A DNA stretch of 64,000 nt from an uncultured Alicyclobacillaceae bacterium (GTDB taxonomy: Bacteria > Bacillota > Bacilli > Alicyclobacillales > Alicyclobacillaceae): NCBI GenBank assembly GCA_963788285.1, contig CAWBGB010000009.1, positions 5,375 to 69,374 on the forward strand, read 5' to 3'. Positions within the stretch are counted from its first letter, which is position 1, and every line of letters begins with the position of its first letter. Below the pieces are notes generated by a model. That model made no database searches, was not told the origin of the DNA, and worked only from the letters and a program-made list of their open reading frames with translations. This document shows, in pieces, positions 31,153-41,223 of this stretch. The position numbers and the translations under genes are program-made.

Positions 31153-32022
31153 TCACATCTCAACATCGTAATGTGAATCCCGCTCACCTATCAAGCGCGC
31201 TACGTGCAGTGCCAAATCAGCGATTTCATCTGTTGGAAACTTAGTCTTCAAACGCTGTTCCAACGCCTCGGTCACGGTCGTGGCGTAGGCATAACTCTGC
31301 GGAAGACGTTCTCGAATGGCAGATGCCAGCGGATTGACGATGCACTCTTGTTTCAGTACGCGCTGGATGGCAAAGCGCAAGTGCGTAACCAACCTCGCAT
31401 AATCCAGTGAATCTCTGGATATCGGACTACCAGTCTCCCGCTCCAACACATCGACCGCAACCCGAAGCGCGTCCGCAACGAGAGTAGTCTCGGACGGCCC
31501 ATCTCGATGCGCCGCGGCCTGAAGGTGCAGGGTTAAGAATCCAACCTCCGACTCAGGCATGGCGACATGGAAGCGCTTCTTAATCAATTCGGCTGCTGCT
31601 TCGGCTATCTCCCAAGCTTTCGGATACAGCGTGCGAATTTCCTCTAGAAACGGATTATCGATTTCCAGCCCCCCCTGAAGGCGGGTCAACGCGAACCCGA
31701 TGTGATCAGCCAGTGCTACGTGAATGTGTTCGTGCAGGGAGGTGCCAAGCCCTTTCACCGCTGCGGCAATGATCTCCTCTGATACGCCGATGACTTCCGG
31801 GCTCACCAACGAGTAGAGCTTACGAAATTTCTCTAGATTCTCCTCCGCCACCAGTGTGAAGCGTTTTTCAATCCGCTCATCATCCGAGTGAATTCTCGTG
31901 CCAGGCCGCACACCAAAGCCAAGCCCCTTGCCGACAAGAATCTCCTCTCTCCCATCATCGGTGCGAACAATCAATACGTTATTGTTCAACGCGCGTTCCA
32001 CGATGTATCTCCTGTCCGTCAT
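31153..32022 (-). CDS. glcT: BglG/SacY-family transcriptional antiterminator (CAT + PRD1 + PRD2), GlcT-like
   Basis: YIVERALNNNVLIVRTDDGREEILVGKGLGF is the CAT RNA-binding domain, followed by two PRDs with conserved His. ATG 32022 with SD GGTGAGGG 8 nt upstream. The symbol rests on the RAT similarity and the ptsHI context. Confidence 0.8.
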   Translation of the reverse strand: MTDRRYIVERALNNNVLIVRTDDGREEILVGKGLGFGVRPGTRIHSDDERIEKRFTLVAEENLEKFRKLYSLVSPEVIGVSEEIIAAAVKGLGTSLHEHIHVALADHIGFALTRLQGGLEIDNPFLEEIRTLYPKAWEIAEAAAELIKKRFHVAMPESEVGFLTLHLQAAAHRDGPSETTLVADALRVAVDVLERETGSPISRDSLDYARLVTHLRFAIQRVLKQECIVNPLASAIRERLPQSYAYATTVTEALEQRLKTKFPTDEIADLALHVARLIGERDSHYDVEM

Positions 32023-32315
32023 GACGCGTGCCCTCACCATCTACAGTGACCTATCCGAATCAGCCGTGAACCTTTCGGTCCCTTACTCGCCCTGCATATC
32101 GCTGTTCGACAAGGCGACGGCAAATCCTTTCTATTTCCAGCGACTTACCTGAACTTTCAAGTGGTGCTAGGGGAACCATGTATATGGCATTACATCGGTA
32201 TTATCGTCTCATGCACTGAAAGCATTGCGTAGTGGTACACTATTGCAGAGTGGTACACTCATGAAAACAACGAACGTAAGTCGCTTATTGTAGACTGCAG
32301 CCGAGGAGGCTCATT

Positions 32316-33029
32316 ATGCACCGCGTTTTGGTTGTGGACGATGAACCGTCCATCCGTCAATTGGTTCAGTACAACCTAACCCAGGCCGGGTTCGACGTGG
32401 TGACCGGCGAATCTGGAGACGAAGTGTTGCACCTGGTTCGGGACAAGCACCCGGACATACTCGTCCTCGACCTTATGCTTCCCGGAATGTCGGGAATGGA
32501 AGTATGCCAACAACTGCGGCGAGAGGGCATCACAACGCCCGTGATTATGCTCACCGCGAGAGACGATGAAATTGATCGGATTCTCGGGCTGGAGATGGGC
32601 GCGGACGACTATATCACAAAGCCGTTTTCACCCCGCGAATTGATTGCACGTATTCGAGCCGTGTTACGGCGGACGACCCCAGGGTCCGAATCCGCAGGGG
32701 GCGATGTATATCAAATTGGAAATATGCGCATTGACGTCACCAAGTATGAATTGACCATCGATGGCACACCCGTCGATTTGACGACGAGGGAGTTTGAACT
32801 GCTAGCACACCTCTGTCAAAACGCCAACCGTGTGCTCACCCGAGATCAACTCTTGGAAAACGTTTGGGGCTACGAATTTGCGGGTGACACCCGCATTGTG
32901 GATGTCCACATCTCGCACCTGCGAGAAAAAATCGAGAAAAATCCAAAAGCCCCTGAGTACATTAAAACGGTGCGCGGGGTCGGATACAAACTGGTCAAAG
33001 GAGAGGCAAGCCGTGGCGCGGATTCGTAA
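32316..33029 (+). CDS. phoP: OmpR-family response regulator, PhoP-like
   Basis: VLVVDDEPSI...DILVLDLMLPGMSGMEV...MLTARDDE...GADDYITKPFSPREL is the receiver domain, plus a winged-helix C-terminus. High similarity to my recollection of B. subtilis PhoP. Confidence 0.7.
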   Translation: MHRVLVVDDEPSIRQLVQYNLTQAGFDVVTGESGDEVLHLVRDKHPDILVLDLMLPGMSGMEVCQQLRREGITTPVIMLTARDDEIDRILGLEMGADDYITKPFSPRELIARIRAVLRRTTPGSESAGGDVYQIGNMRIDVTKYELTIDGTPVDLTTREFELLAHLCQNANRVLTRDQLLENVWGYEFAGDTRIVDVHISHLREKIEKNPKAPEYIKTVRGVGYKLVKGEASRGADS

Positions 33030-34791
33030 TCGCATCACCCTCACAGTGATGGCAGTGATCACTGCCGCGCTATTCTCTGCTGCCCTGCTCGCCCTAGAAT
33101 CCATGGAAAACAATCAAATGCAGCACCTCGGTGACAGCCTACTCGGGGAAGCCCGACTGATGGCTTCGGAGCTTACTGCGACTACCTCCAATGCCCAACC
33201 TCAAATGGCACGTCAGTCGGCAGTGGTATTAGGTCGGTGGGTCTTCATTCTCTCCCATGACAATCATGTGCTGGCTTCTGCCACCCCTACAGGACAGGTT
33301 GAGCGAGATGTTCCATGGCCCTTTGACCATCCAGCTCCCACTACGGGACAAGCCAACGAGTTCCAAGCTGCTCTGCACGGACAAAACATGATCCTCGCTG
33401 CCGCTCCTGTGTCGGGCAACCCTACAGTACACACGGTGGTCATCGCTACGCCGCTGGAACCGGAATACGCCCTTTTATTAACCGACTGGTGCTGGCTTGC
33501 GGTTGAGTTCGCAGGTGTCGGTGTCGTGTTCATCCTCATGAGCTACCTTTGGGCGCGACGAATCGCTTCTCCGTTGGAACACATCGCAGCGACAACCGAG
33601 CAGATTGCCGCGGGCGACGTGCGCAAGCGCGTACCCTATTGGGGCCAGGATGAGTACGGCAGAATTAGCACGGCCATCAATTCCTTAACGAGTAGACTGC
33701 TGGAACAGATGGACGACTTGTCACAAGAAAAAAGCAAGGTTGAAGGCATCATCGCGCACATGGGTTCTGGCGTGTTGGTGGTCGACCGCTCTGGTGTCAT
33801 CCTGGTCGCGAACGAAATCGCCACCGCCATGCTGGGTGGGTCCCACGCGCAGTTAGTAGGCCAGACACACTGGGTGGCGACAACCTCTCTGCGCATTTCT
33901 GAACTCATTGACACCGTACTACTCAAGGGCCATCCACAGCGTAAAGAGGTGGTTGTGGGTAATGACATCAACGTGGAGTTGTTCGTCACACCCATCTTCG
34001 GGGCCAAAGAGGAAGTCGTAGGTGCCGTCGCCGTCCTACACGACGTCACACAGTTCCGACGTGTGGAGCGAATGCGCACGGAGTTCGTCGCCAACGTTTC
34101 CCACGAGTTGCGCACTCCAATTACAGCCGTGAAAGGATTCGCGGAAACGTTGCTGGACGGCGCATTGGAAAATCCTGATTTGTGCCGACAATTTGTACAA
34201 ATTATTTACGACGAGTCGGAACGATTGAGCCACCTGGTTCAGGATTTGCTGGAGTTGTCAAAGATAGAGTCTGGCCACTCGGTGTTCCGCTTTTCTCGTG
34301 AAAATATCTCGGAACTCGTCGACACGGCGGCAGGGCGTCTACAAAATCAGGCGGCACAAAACGGAATTGATCTGTTTGTCCATACACCAAGGTCTCCTGT
34401 TTTCGCCGACGTTGCGCCCGACCGAATCACACAAGTCTTGATCAATCTAATTGGCAACGCCATCGCGTACACCCCCGCCCCAGGGCGCATTGACATCTCC
34501 GTACTGGATGCGGACGAGGAAGTGACCGTGGAGGTGGCGGATACAGGAATTGGGATCCCGGAAGAGGACATACCGCGTATTTTCGAACGCTTTTATCGAG
34601 TCGACAAGGACAGGAGCCGCCGCACGGGTGGAACAGGACTAGGATTGGCGATTGTCAAGCATATTCTGGAAGCGCACCGCGGAAGGATCAAGGTAACGAG
34701 TAAGGTTGGATGCGGATCGACCTTCTCGTTTACACTACCCAAGCATCAAACAGGACGCAATCAGGACGGCACGTCCAATAGCAGCCAATGA
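33013..34791 (+). CDS. phoR: sensor histidine kinase, PhoR-like (2 TM, HAMP, PAS, HisKA, HATPase)
   Basis: GTG 33013 with SD AAGGAGAGG. Overlaps the phoP stop by 17 nt. HELRTPITAVKGFAETLLDGAL...ESERLSHLVQDLLELSKIES is the H-box; N, G1 (DTGIGI) and G2 (GGTGLGLAIV) boxes are present. Confidence 0.7.
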   Translation: MARIRNRITLTVMAVITAALFSAALLALESMENNQMQHLGDSLLGEARLMASELTATTSNAQPQMARQSAVVLGRWVFILSHDNHVLASATPTGQVERDVPWPFDHPAPTTGQANEFQAALHGQNMILAAAPVSGNPTVHTVVIATPLEPEYALLLTDWCWLAVEFAGVGVVFILMSYLWARRIASPLEHIAATTEQIAAGDVRKRVPYWGQDEYGRISTAINSLTSRLLEQMDDLSQEKSKVEGIIAHMGSGVLVVDRSGVILVANEIATAMLGGSHAQLVGQTHWVATTSLRISELIDTVLLKGHPQRKEVVVGNDINVELFVTPIFGAKEEVVGAVAVLHDVTQFRRVERMRTEFVANVSHELRTPITAVKGFAETLLDGALENPDLCRQFVQIIYDESERLSHLVQDLLELSKIESGHSVFRFSRENISELVDTAAGRLQNQAAQNGIDLFVHTPRSPVFADVAPDRITQVLINLIGNAIAYTPAPGRIDISVLDADEEVTVEVADTGIGIPEEDIPRIFERFYRVDKDRSRRTGGTGLGLAIVKHILEAHRGRIKVTSKVGCGSTFSFTLPKHQTGRNQDGTSNSSQ

Positions 34792-34861
34792 CTCGGATTT
34801 GCCGTCCAAACGTGGCAAGGAATTTCACTTACAAAAATGAAGCAACTATGTTACTATAAGA

Positions 34862-35188
34862 GTGGTGATGAACATGGACGAACTGCACCTTTGTCCAAAG
34901 TTTGAAACGGCTTTTCAAATTCTAGGCAAGCGCTGGACAGGATTGATTATTCGCTGTCTGATGAATGGTCCAATGCGGTTTAAAGACATCTCCGAGCTGA
35001 TTCCAAACATGAGCGACCGCATGCTTGCGGAACGCTTTCGGGAACTGGAAGCGGCCGGTATTGTCGTACGCAACGTGTACCCAGAAACTCCAGTCCGCAT
35101 TGAGTATGAATTAACACCCAAAGGACGGGCGCTGGGTCCAGTGATGGACGCGCTGCAAGCGTGGGCGGACGAGTGGGTCAAGGTCTGA
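34862..35188 (+). CDS. HxlR-family transcriptional regulator
   Basis: 108 aa. CPKFETAFQILGKRWTGLIIRCLMNGPMRFKDISELIPNMSDRMLAERFRELEAAGIV...YELTPKGRAL. Confidence 0.8.
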   Translation: MVMNMDELHLCPKFETAFQILGKRWTGLIIRCLMNGPMRFKDISELIPNMSDRMLAERFRELEAAGIVVRNVYPETPVRIEYELTPKGRALGPVMDALQAWADEWVKV

Positions 35189-35292
35189 TTCTACCGTTGC
35201 CCGCGCTGTTGCATACTCCGTTTGCTTGCGTAGAACAAGGAAGAATTCACCATGACAGGTTGGATCATCTGGAATCTCATCGTGATATGTGT

Positions 35293-35344
35293 GAAGGGGG
35301 CGTCCCAAAAGGGTACTTGAGGTACCCCTAGGGACGCCCCCTTC
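35293..35344. other. nested perfect hairpin between convergent genes
   Basis: Outer 14-bp stem GAAGGGGGCGTCCC / GGGACGCCCCCTTC enclosing an inner stem GGGTAC-ttgag-GTACCC. No flanking T-tract. Confidence 0.5.
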
Positions 35345-35402
35345 GAGCATACTGATGGCGCTCAGGAACATGTCGTATTCATCAACCCTCAACACAAGGA
35401 CA

Positions 35403-36779
35403 TCATTGCGAGACTTGCCGTACCTTGTATTCCGGGTATTCCGGGAGAATTGCATCCGTTACGTCGCTACTTTTTTGATGCATGTATAGATAAAACGGAA
35501 CACCTGCAAGCATCAATAAGAAGCCATACATCACGGTTTGTGCCCCTGAACCATAAATCGTCCAACCTGCGTAGAGAAAACCAAGGAGTGGCACAAACGA
35601 CATCTTAACGAACTGAAATACATTGATTTTTTTGTCCATCTTTTTCATCAACAGAATCTCAGATGCGGCAGTCATTGCGTACACGGGCAAGTACGATAGT
35701 GTCGCAAGTTCTGTCACAAAGTTAAACGCTGCGTTAAAGCTTTTCGTGTAATTCATCAAGAGAAGAATGTTGGCAAGAACGGATCCAATAATCAATGCCA
35801 TATAGGGTGTTTGATATTTCGGATGTACCTTTGCAAAGGCTTTTGGAAACATACCATCTTCACCCGCTGCGAAGGCGATGCGGGCAGTAGATAACAACCA
35901 ACCCACGGTTGTCCCCAGAATACTAATCACGGCGCCCATCGTAATGAACTTCCCAATACCGCTTCCGAGAAAACTGCTCAGGATATCCGAAATGGGTGCA
36001 GTACTGTTCGCTAAATGACTGGGGCTCATCGCACCCATCGCGAAGAAGTCAATGGCGATATACATCACGGTCGCAATGGAAATGCCGAGAATGGTGCTGC
36101 GAGGAATGTTCTTTTCAGGATTGCGAATCTCCCCTCCAGCAACCGTAGCACTTTCCAGTCCAATAAACGCCCATAGCGTAGAGGATGCAGCAAGAGACAT
36201 CGTACCTATTCCCTTGCCTTTGGGAAACAGAGGTGTGATGTTCCCGGCATTAAAATGCATTGCGGAAACCACAACAAACCCTAAGAACAGTAGAATTTCG
36301 AAGACTGTGATGGTTGTTTGGACTTTACCAGCCAACCGAACGCCTAAAATGTTAATTACAGTAAAAATCCAGAGGATTAGGCTCGTAAAGATAAAGGCGA
36401 CCAAATGATTATTCGTCAAGATGGGGAATAATCCACCCGCATAACTGGCAATTGCGATAATGACCGCAACATTTCCTATCCATGAACCATTCCAATACAG
36501 CCACGCGTTGAGAAAACCAGTGAAATTCCCAAAAGCCTGTCTTGAAAATTCATAGGGTCCGCCGGTTCTCGGATACTTGGCCCCGAGTTTCGCAAAGGAC
36601 AGAGCCAAGAAAATGGAACCGAGTCCTGTCATAATCCAAGCTAAAAGAATCGCCCCTGGACCTGATTTTTGTTCCAAAGTTGCAGGTAGCATAAATATGC
36701 CGGATCCCATCATGTTTCCAGTCACGAGGGCAGTTGCAATAAACAATCCGATGCCTTTTTTCAGGCGTATTTGTTCCAA
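35403..36779 (-). CDS. APC-family amino acid permease
   Basis: About 12 TM helices, with GLFIATALVTGNMMGSGIFMLP signature. TTG 36779 preferred (SD GAAAGGAGA upstream). The track ORF begins at TTG 36836. Confidence 0.8.
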   Translation of the reverse strand: MEQIRLKKGIGLFIATALVTGNMMGSGIFMLPATLEQKSGPGAILLAWIMTGLGSIFLALSFAKLGAKYPRTGGPYEFSRQAFGNFTGFLNAWLYWNGSWIGNVAVIIAIASYAGGLFPILTNNHLVAFIFTSLILWIFTVINILGVRLAGKVQTTITVFEILLFLGFVVVSAMHFNAGNITPLFPKGKGIGTMSLAASSTLWAFIGLESATVAGGEIRNPEKNIPRSTILGISIATVMYIAIDFFAMGAMSPSHLANSTAPISDILSSFLGSGIGKFITMGAVISILGTTVGWLLSTARIAFAAGEDGMFPKAFAKVHPKYQTPYMALIIGSVLANILLLMNYTKSFNAAFNFVTELATLSYLPVYAMTAASEILLMKKMDKKINVFQFVKMSFVPLLGFLYAGWTIYGSGAQTVMYGFLLMLAGVPFYLYMHQKSSDVTDAILPEYPEYKVRQVSQ

Positions 36780-37057
36780 CTGAATACATCTCCTTTCGAC
36801 TGCATAATTATGCAACTTTAGAACAAATGGCGTCAACGGTACTTTATTCCACTACACCATGAAAGCTGAATCCCTACCGCCTCTTCCCATTCGAACACAC
36901 CACGGCGGGCGAGTACACACTGACCCGCGCGCCGTCTTTCTCCTATCGCTGCTGATTTTTGGCGCGTCCTTGGAATGGCCCAGTCATATCTTCTCACCCC
37001 TCATAATACTGTAGGAACGTTTCCGCAAAATGTACTACGACAAGAGAAGGTGCTGAC

Positions 37058-38017
37058 ATGCAGCGCTTGCGAAGAATCGTTCTGACTTTACTCCTTTCTG
37101 CGACGTTTGCATGCGGATGCGCTCCAGGACAATCGCTCAGTTCAGGCAAGCACACGGCGCAGCCGATAACGGCCGCTCCCCAACCTGGAGCAGGCGACCA
37201 TCCAAGTGGTTCTCCATCCCCGACGCATGGGAACACGAGCCACCCCTCGGCGAAAGTGTCTCTATCCGCGCCAAAGTCAGCACCTCCCAAGTTTCCGGTA
37301 CTCAGCGTGGGTAACACCGGAGCAAGCGTGCTGCGACTACAACAACTGTTAGCCGTGGAAGGATACCTGCCGTTGACATGGCACCCGAAAAACACAGGCA
37401 GCGCCTCCATCGGTGCTTCGTCGGTCGCTGTGTCCACACTACAGTCGCCCCCTGACGGAACTTGGACGTGGCAGTATACAAACGTGCCTTCCTGGGTGCA
37501 GTCTCAGTGGAAGCCCGGCAGTTACACGATCCTCGTCCGCGGTGCCGTCATGACCTATCAACAGGCTCACCACCTGACTGCGGACGGCGTCGTAGGCCTA
37601 CAAGTCTGGAACTCCCTCCTTGCCACCGCAGGGAAGAGTCAAAACCCGTACGGCCTGACCTACGTTCAAGTCACCCTGAAGCAGCCGCAAACGCTGACCG
37701 TCTGGTGGAACGGCAAACAGGTCTTGCAGACGCTGGTCAATACTGGCATTCCGCAGTCACCGACCGTGACCGGAACCTACGCTGTCTATCTGCAATTCTA
37801 TTCACAACGCATGTCTGGGACGGATCCCTGGGGAAACCACTATGACGATCCAAACGTGCCCTACGTCAGCTACTTCTACAAAGGCGAAGCGATTCACGGG
37901 TTTGTCCGCGCGCACTACGGATATCCGCAAAGCCTTGGCTGCGTCGAATTGCCTGTGAACAACGCCAAAGTGGCCTGGACATACATCCACTACGGATCGC
38001 TCGTTCAATTGCAGTAA
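37058..38017 (+). CDS. L,D-transpeptidase (YkuD domain) with peptidoglycan-binding domains, probable lipoprotein
   Basis: Signal/lipobox LLLSATFACGC. Two PG_binding-like segments (GASVLRLQQLLAVEGYL; MTYQQAHHLTADGVVG). Catalytic HGFVRAHYGYPQSLGCVEL. Confidence 0.8.
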   Translation: MQRLRRIVLTLLLSATFACGCAPGQSLSSGKHTAQPITAAPQPGAGDHPSGSPSPTHGNTSHPSAKVSLSAPKSAPPKFPVLSVGNTGASVLRLQQLLAVEGYLPLTWHPKNTGSASIGASSVAVSTLQSPPDGTWTWQYTNVPSWVQSQWKPGSYTILVRGAVMTYQQAHHLTADGVVGLQVWNSLLATAGKSQNPYGLTYVQVTLKQPQTLTVWWNGKQVLQTLVNTGIPQSPTVTGTYAVYLQFYSQRMSGTDPWGNHYDDPNVPYVSYFYKGEAIHGFVRAHYGYPQSLGCVELPVNNAKVAWTYIHYGSLVQLQ

Positions 38018-38281
38018 GGGCTGCGTGCCTACAGGGATTGGAAATGAGAAACGGGACCAGCAAAAGGATGACGACCCTACCAGTCAGAGGAGTACCGAAA
38101 AATGAGAACTGTCAACGCAAAACAGTCGGATGCTGATATCCCAGACGGTCTCGAAAACGCGGACAGCCAATCCGACAACCTCAACCGAGGAACGGACTGA
38201 CTGCCACAACACTTCAACTGGTTGCGCTGGTTCTATCCAAAGCCTCTGTCTACTGAAAACGGACAGGGGCATGAAAGTTAC

Positions 38282-38657
38282 TCATTCACGACGTGTACCT
38301 GCCATCATATCGTGCAAAGCTTGCTTCTGTTGTGTTAATGCAGCCATGATGAATCCAATTAATAGAATGATGGCGGAAAGGAGTTTCGCCCAGTATCGCC
38401 CCGTTGCACGACCGAAGCCAATGCGTTGCCAATCTAAATCAGTAACTTTCACCTTCAAGAGCTTTTTACCAAGGGTGGCCTGTAGTCTCGAGGATTCCAT
38501 CCCCGCAAATTAAAACAATCACGTCCATGGCCGATTTATCGTCAATGACAAGTGACAAACCCCAGATGACGACATCCAGAAGGATGGAATCAATGAAAAA
38601 GCGACAAAACGTTTCCAAAAGCCTACATACATTTTCGCTAGTCCCCTTAATGGACAA
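38282..38657 (-). pseudogene. RDD-family membrane protein, frameshifted
   Basis: Two overlapping minus ORFs: RLLETFCRFFIDSILLDVVIWGL... and ...ATLGKKLLKVKVTDLD...RYWAKLLSAIILLIGFIMAALTQQKQALHDMMAGT. Together they make one RDD domain. Confidence 0.55.
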
Positions 38658-38829
38658 ATGTATTAATCTATAATTAATATTCCTAAAATTATTTTCAATT
38701 TGTCAAGTAACCGCCCTGGTGGAGTGCACAGCCTGGATGAACGTATAAAAGCACCTCCGCGAACCATCTCTGGATTACTCGGGGAGGTACTCCGTACATG
38801 TTCATCCATCCAATGTGCGCCTTCGTCCG

Positions 38830-39273
38830 TCATTTCTCGAATGACACTGAATTTCGTACAATGACATCGTCAATCAAACCGTATTTCTTGGCAGCATGGG
38901 CGTCCATAAGGAAGTCTCGGTCCATGTGTCCATGTCCGGCTCCAGTTTCTCGTACGGCTTGCAGCATGCGTCCGCAAGCATTTTCGTCAAGCGGCGTTTG
39001 TCGCGCAGTATCTTCTCCGCCTGAATCTGAATGTCGGAGGCTTGCCCGCGTGCGCCGCCCCACGGATGGTGAATCATGACTTCGCTGTTTGGAAGGGCGT
39101 AACGTTTGCCTTTGGCACCCCCTGCGAGCAACACTGCGCCCATACTGGCGGCGAGCCCCACGCACATCGTGGATGGTCGCCCTCCGTTCTCCGATGCGAT
39201 ACAAATACAGAGTTTCCAATAAAAGGTACATACCATGCGAAACCCCACCGTTCTCCGGTGGGGTTATGTACAA
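38830..39273 (-). pseudogene. clpP: ClpP protease remnant (5'-truncated, frameshifted)
   Basis: [56 protein letters not shown] (Ser nucleophile and His regions) continues in another frame as [21 protein letters not shown]. The first ~85 codons are absent because the pit gene abuts. Confidence 0.7.
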
Positions 39274-39282
39274 CGTGCATGA

Positions 39283-40269
39283 CTACATTCTCAGAAAGAT
39301 GTTCACAATCAGCGATGCTAATAGGCCACTGACGGGAATGGTGATAATCCAGGCGGCCACAATTTGCCCTGCAACCCCCCAGTTCACCTGGTGGAACCGC
39401 TTGGCTGCACCGGTGCCCATGATGGCCGATGAGATAACGTGGGTGGAACTGACGGGGAGTTTCATGAGCGTGGCTGTCAAAATCACGGTCGCCGACGTCA
39501 AGTCAGATGCAAATCCGTTAATCGGCTCCAACTTAATGATTTTAGATCCGACCGTTTTAATAATACGCCATCCCCCGGTGGCAGTACCTAGCCCCATGGC
39601 TGTAGCGCAGACCAGTTTGACCCAGAAAGGAATGTCCATCGTGTTCTGATAGTTTCCTGCAATTAAGGCGAACGTGATGATACCCATGGTTTTCTGTGCA
39701 TCATTGGTACCGTGCATGAACGCCTGATAGGCGGCGGTTAGGATTTGCAGAGACCTGAACACCCGGTTGGCCTTATGTGGAGACGTCCCAGCAAATAGGA
39801 GTTTCAGGACTGTCATCAGCAAATACCCAACAATCAGTGCCGCAATCGGGGACATGATAAGTCCTTGAACAATACTTGTGAAACCTGCGTAATTGATGCC
39901 ATGGACCCCTGCCGCTCCGACCACGGCTCCGGCCAGTGAACCAATCAGGGCGTGTGATGAAGAAGAAGGCATACCAAAGTACCAGGTGAGTAGGTTCCAT
40001 GCAATGGCTGCCACAAGGGCTGCCAGCACAATCACGGTACCATGCTGAATTTTAGACGGATCCGCGATTTTTCCGCCAATCGTCTGGGCGACACCCGTAA
40101 ACGTCAGCGCTCCGAAAAAGTTGAGTACCCCCGCCATCAGCACAGCCTTGCGTGGTGACAGCGCCCGTGTCGACACGGTCGTGGCGATGGCATTCGCGGT
40201 GTCGTGAAATCCGTTCGTGAAATCAAACGCCAGGGCCAAAGTTACGACGAGTACAATCAGGACAGTCAT
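39283..40269 (-). CDS. pit: inorganic phosphate transporter, PiT family
   Basis: 328 aa. FDFTNGFHDTANAIAT and GTNDAQKTMGII PHO4 repeats. Confidence 0.9.
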   Translation of the reverse strand: MTVLIVLVVTLALAFDFTNGFHDTANAIATTVSTRALSPRKAVLMAGVLNFFGALTFTGVAQTIGGKIADPSKIQHGTVIVLAALVAAIAWNLLTWYFGMPSSSSHALIGSLAGAVVGAAGVHGINYAGFTSIVQGLIMSPIAALIVGYLLMTVLKLLFAGTSPHKANRVFRSLQILTAAYQAFMHGTNDAQKTMGIITFALIAGNYQNTMDIPFWVKLVCATAMGLGTATGGWRIIKTVGSKIIKLEPINGFASDLTSATVILTATLMKLPVSSTHVISSAIMGTGAAKRFHQVNWGVAGQIVAAWIITIPVSGLLASLIVNIFLRM

Positions 40270-40281
40270 ACGGCACCTTCT

Positions 40282-40896
40282 TTACGCGTTTTTCACTATG
40301 ACGGAGTCTAGCACGTCTGCAACATCCTCGCATTTGTCAGTAATGCCTTCGAGGATTTCGTAAATCTCCTTGAACTTGATGACATGCAAAACATCCGTCT
40401 CCTGTGTAAATAGGGTCCGTAACGCTGTCCGCAACAGGCTGTCCCCGCCCTTTTCCAATTGGTTAAGGCGCTGTGTGTGCTGACGCAGGTCAAGCAGTTT
40501 ACGAGCTTCAAGTTTTTTCATGGCCGTGAGTACTTCTTTGGCACTCTCAGCGATATTGCGCGCAAACTCCACCATTACAGGCGTTGTTTCGTGAATCCCG
40601 TACAAGTCAAAGCGCACAGAGCAAGCTTCAAGTCCATCCACGATATCGTCCATTTTGATGGCAAGTTCCAGAAAGTCCTCGCGTTCGAGCGGAGTAATAT
40701 AAGTAGCGTTGAGCAGTGTCACCAATTCGCCCGTCAATTCGTCTCCACGCGTTTCATATTGCTTGATGGACGCCGCGAATTGTGCAGGGTTCGAGATATC
40801 TTCTTTCAGACCCTGCAAGAAGAACAAGCTAGCCTCCTCCAAGTTGGTCGCAATTTGAACCAGTAGGTGAAACAGTTGTCGGTTCCGCTTTGACAC
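40282..40896 (-). CDS. DUF47/PhoU-like Pit accessory protein (YkaA-like)
   Basis: 204 aa helical protein (FAASIKQYETRGDELTGELVTLLNATYITPLEREDFLELAIKMDDIVD). GTG start with SD AGGGAGA. Immediately upstream of pit. Confidence 0.85.
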   Translation of the reverse strand: MSKRNRQLFHLLVQIATNLEEASLFFLQGLKEDISNPAQFAASIKQYETRGDELTGELVTLLNATYITPLEREDFLELAIKMDDIVDGLEACSVRFDLYGIHETTPVMVEFARNIAESAKEVLTAMKKLEARKLLDLRQHTQRLNQLEKGGDSLLRTALRTLFTQETDVLHVIKFKEIYEILEGITDKCEDVADVLDSVIVKNA

Positions 40897-41083
40897 AAAA
40901 GCATCTCCCTTCAGTCTTGTCTCCCAGTTCGGGACTGACCGTGTCCGACATTAAACAATACTTTTATTTTGTAAACGTATCGTATTCATTGTGTAAAGAG
41001 TACGTAAAATATGTGTGATAAATTCAAACAAACCGTGAACCTTTGGATATTAGGATAGCTATTTCCTCCTCACCCATCCGTGC

Positions 41084-41116
41084 AAAAAGGCGGACCTGCT
41101 TCTCACAGGTTCCGCC
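41084..41116 (-). terminator. orphan terminator-like hairpin in the pit-operon/ktr intergenic region
   Basis: Minus strand GGCGGAACCTG-tgagaag-CAGGTCCGCC followed by TTTTTGCA. No intact minus-strand gene lies upstream of it. Confidence 0.45.
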
Positions 41117-41223
41117 CTTCCGTGGCAGCCCAGCCTACCGAGTTAACAGTTACACCAGCCCATCGGCTCAGGGCACGCACTGCTACTACCAAATTCGTGT
41201 ATAATCCCAAGTATATTTCGTCC

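Noticed and set aside
38084-38272. 62-aa minus ORF after the RDD remnant
   Set aside because: It has no SD or homology. It may be the out-of-frame continuation of the decayed RDD gene, so it is not reported separately.
41040-41223. Possible c-di-AMP (ydaO/kimA-type) riboswitch upstream of the ktrB remnant
   Set aside because: ktr genes are classic targets, and GTTAACTCGGTAGGC vaguely recalls part of the motif. However, that string is on the opposite strand to ktrB, and the conserved ACGGGGA/CCCA elements were not found.
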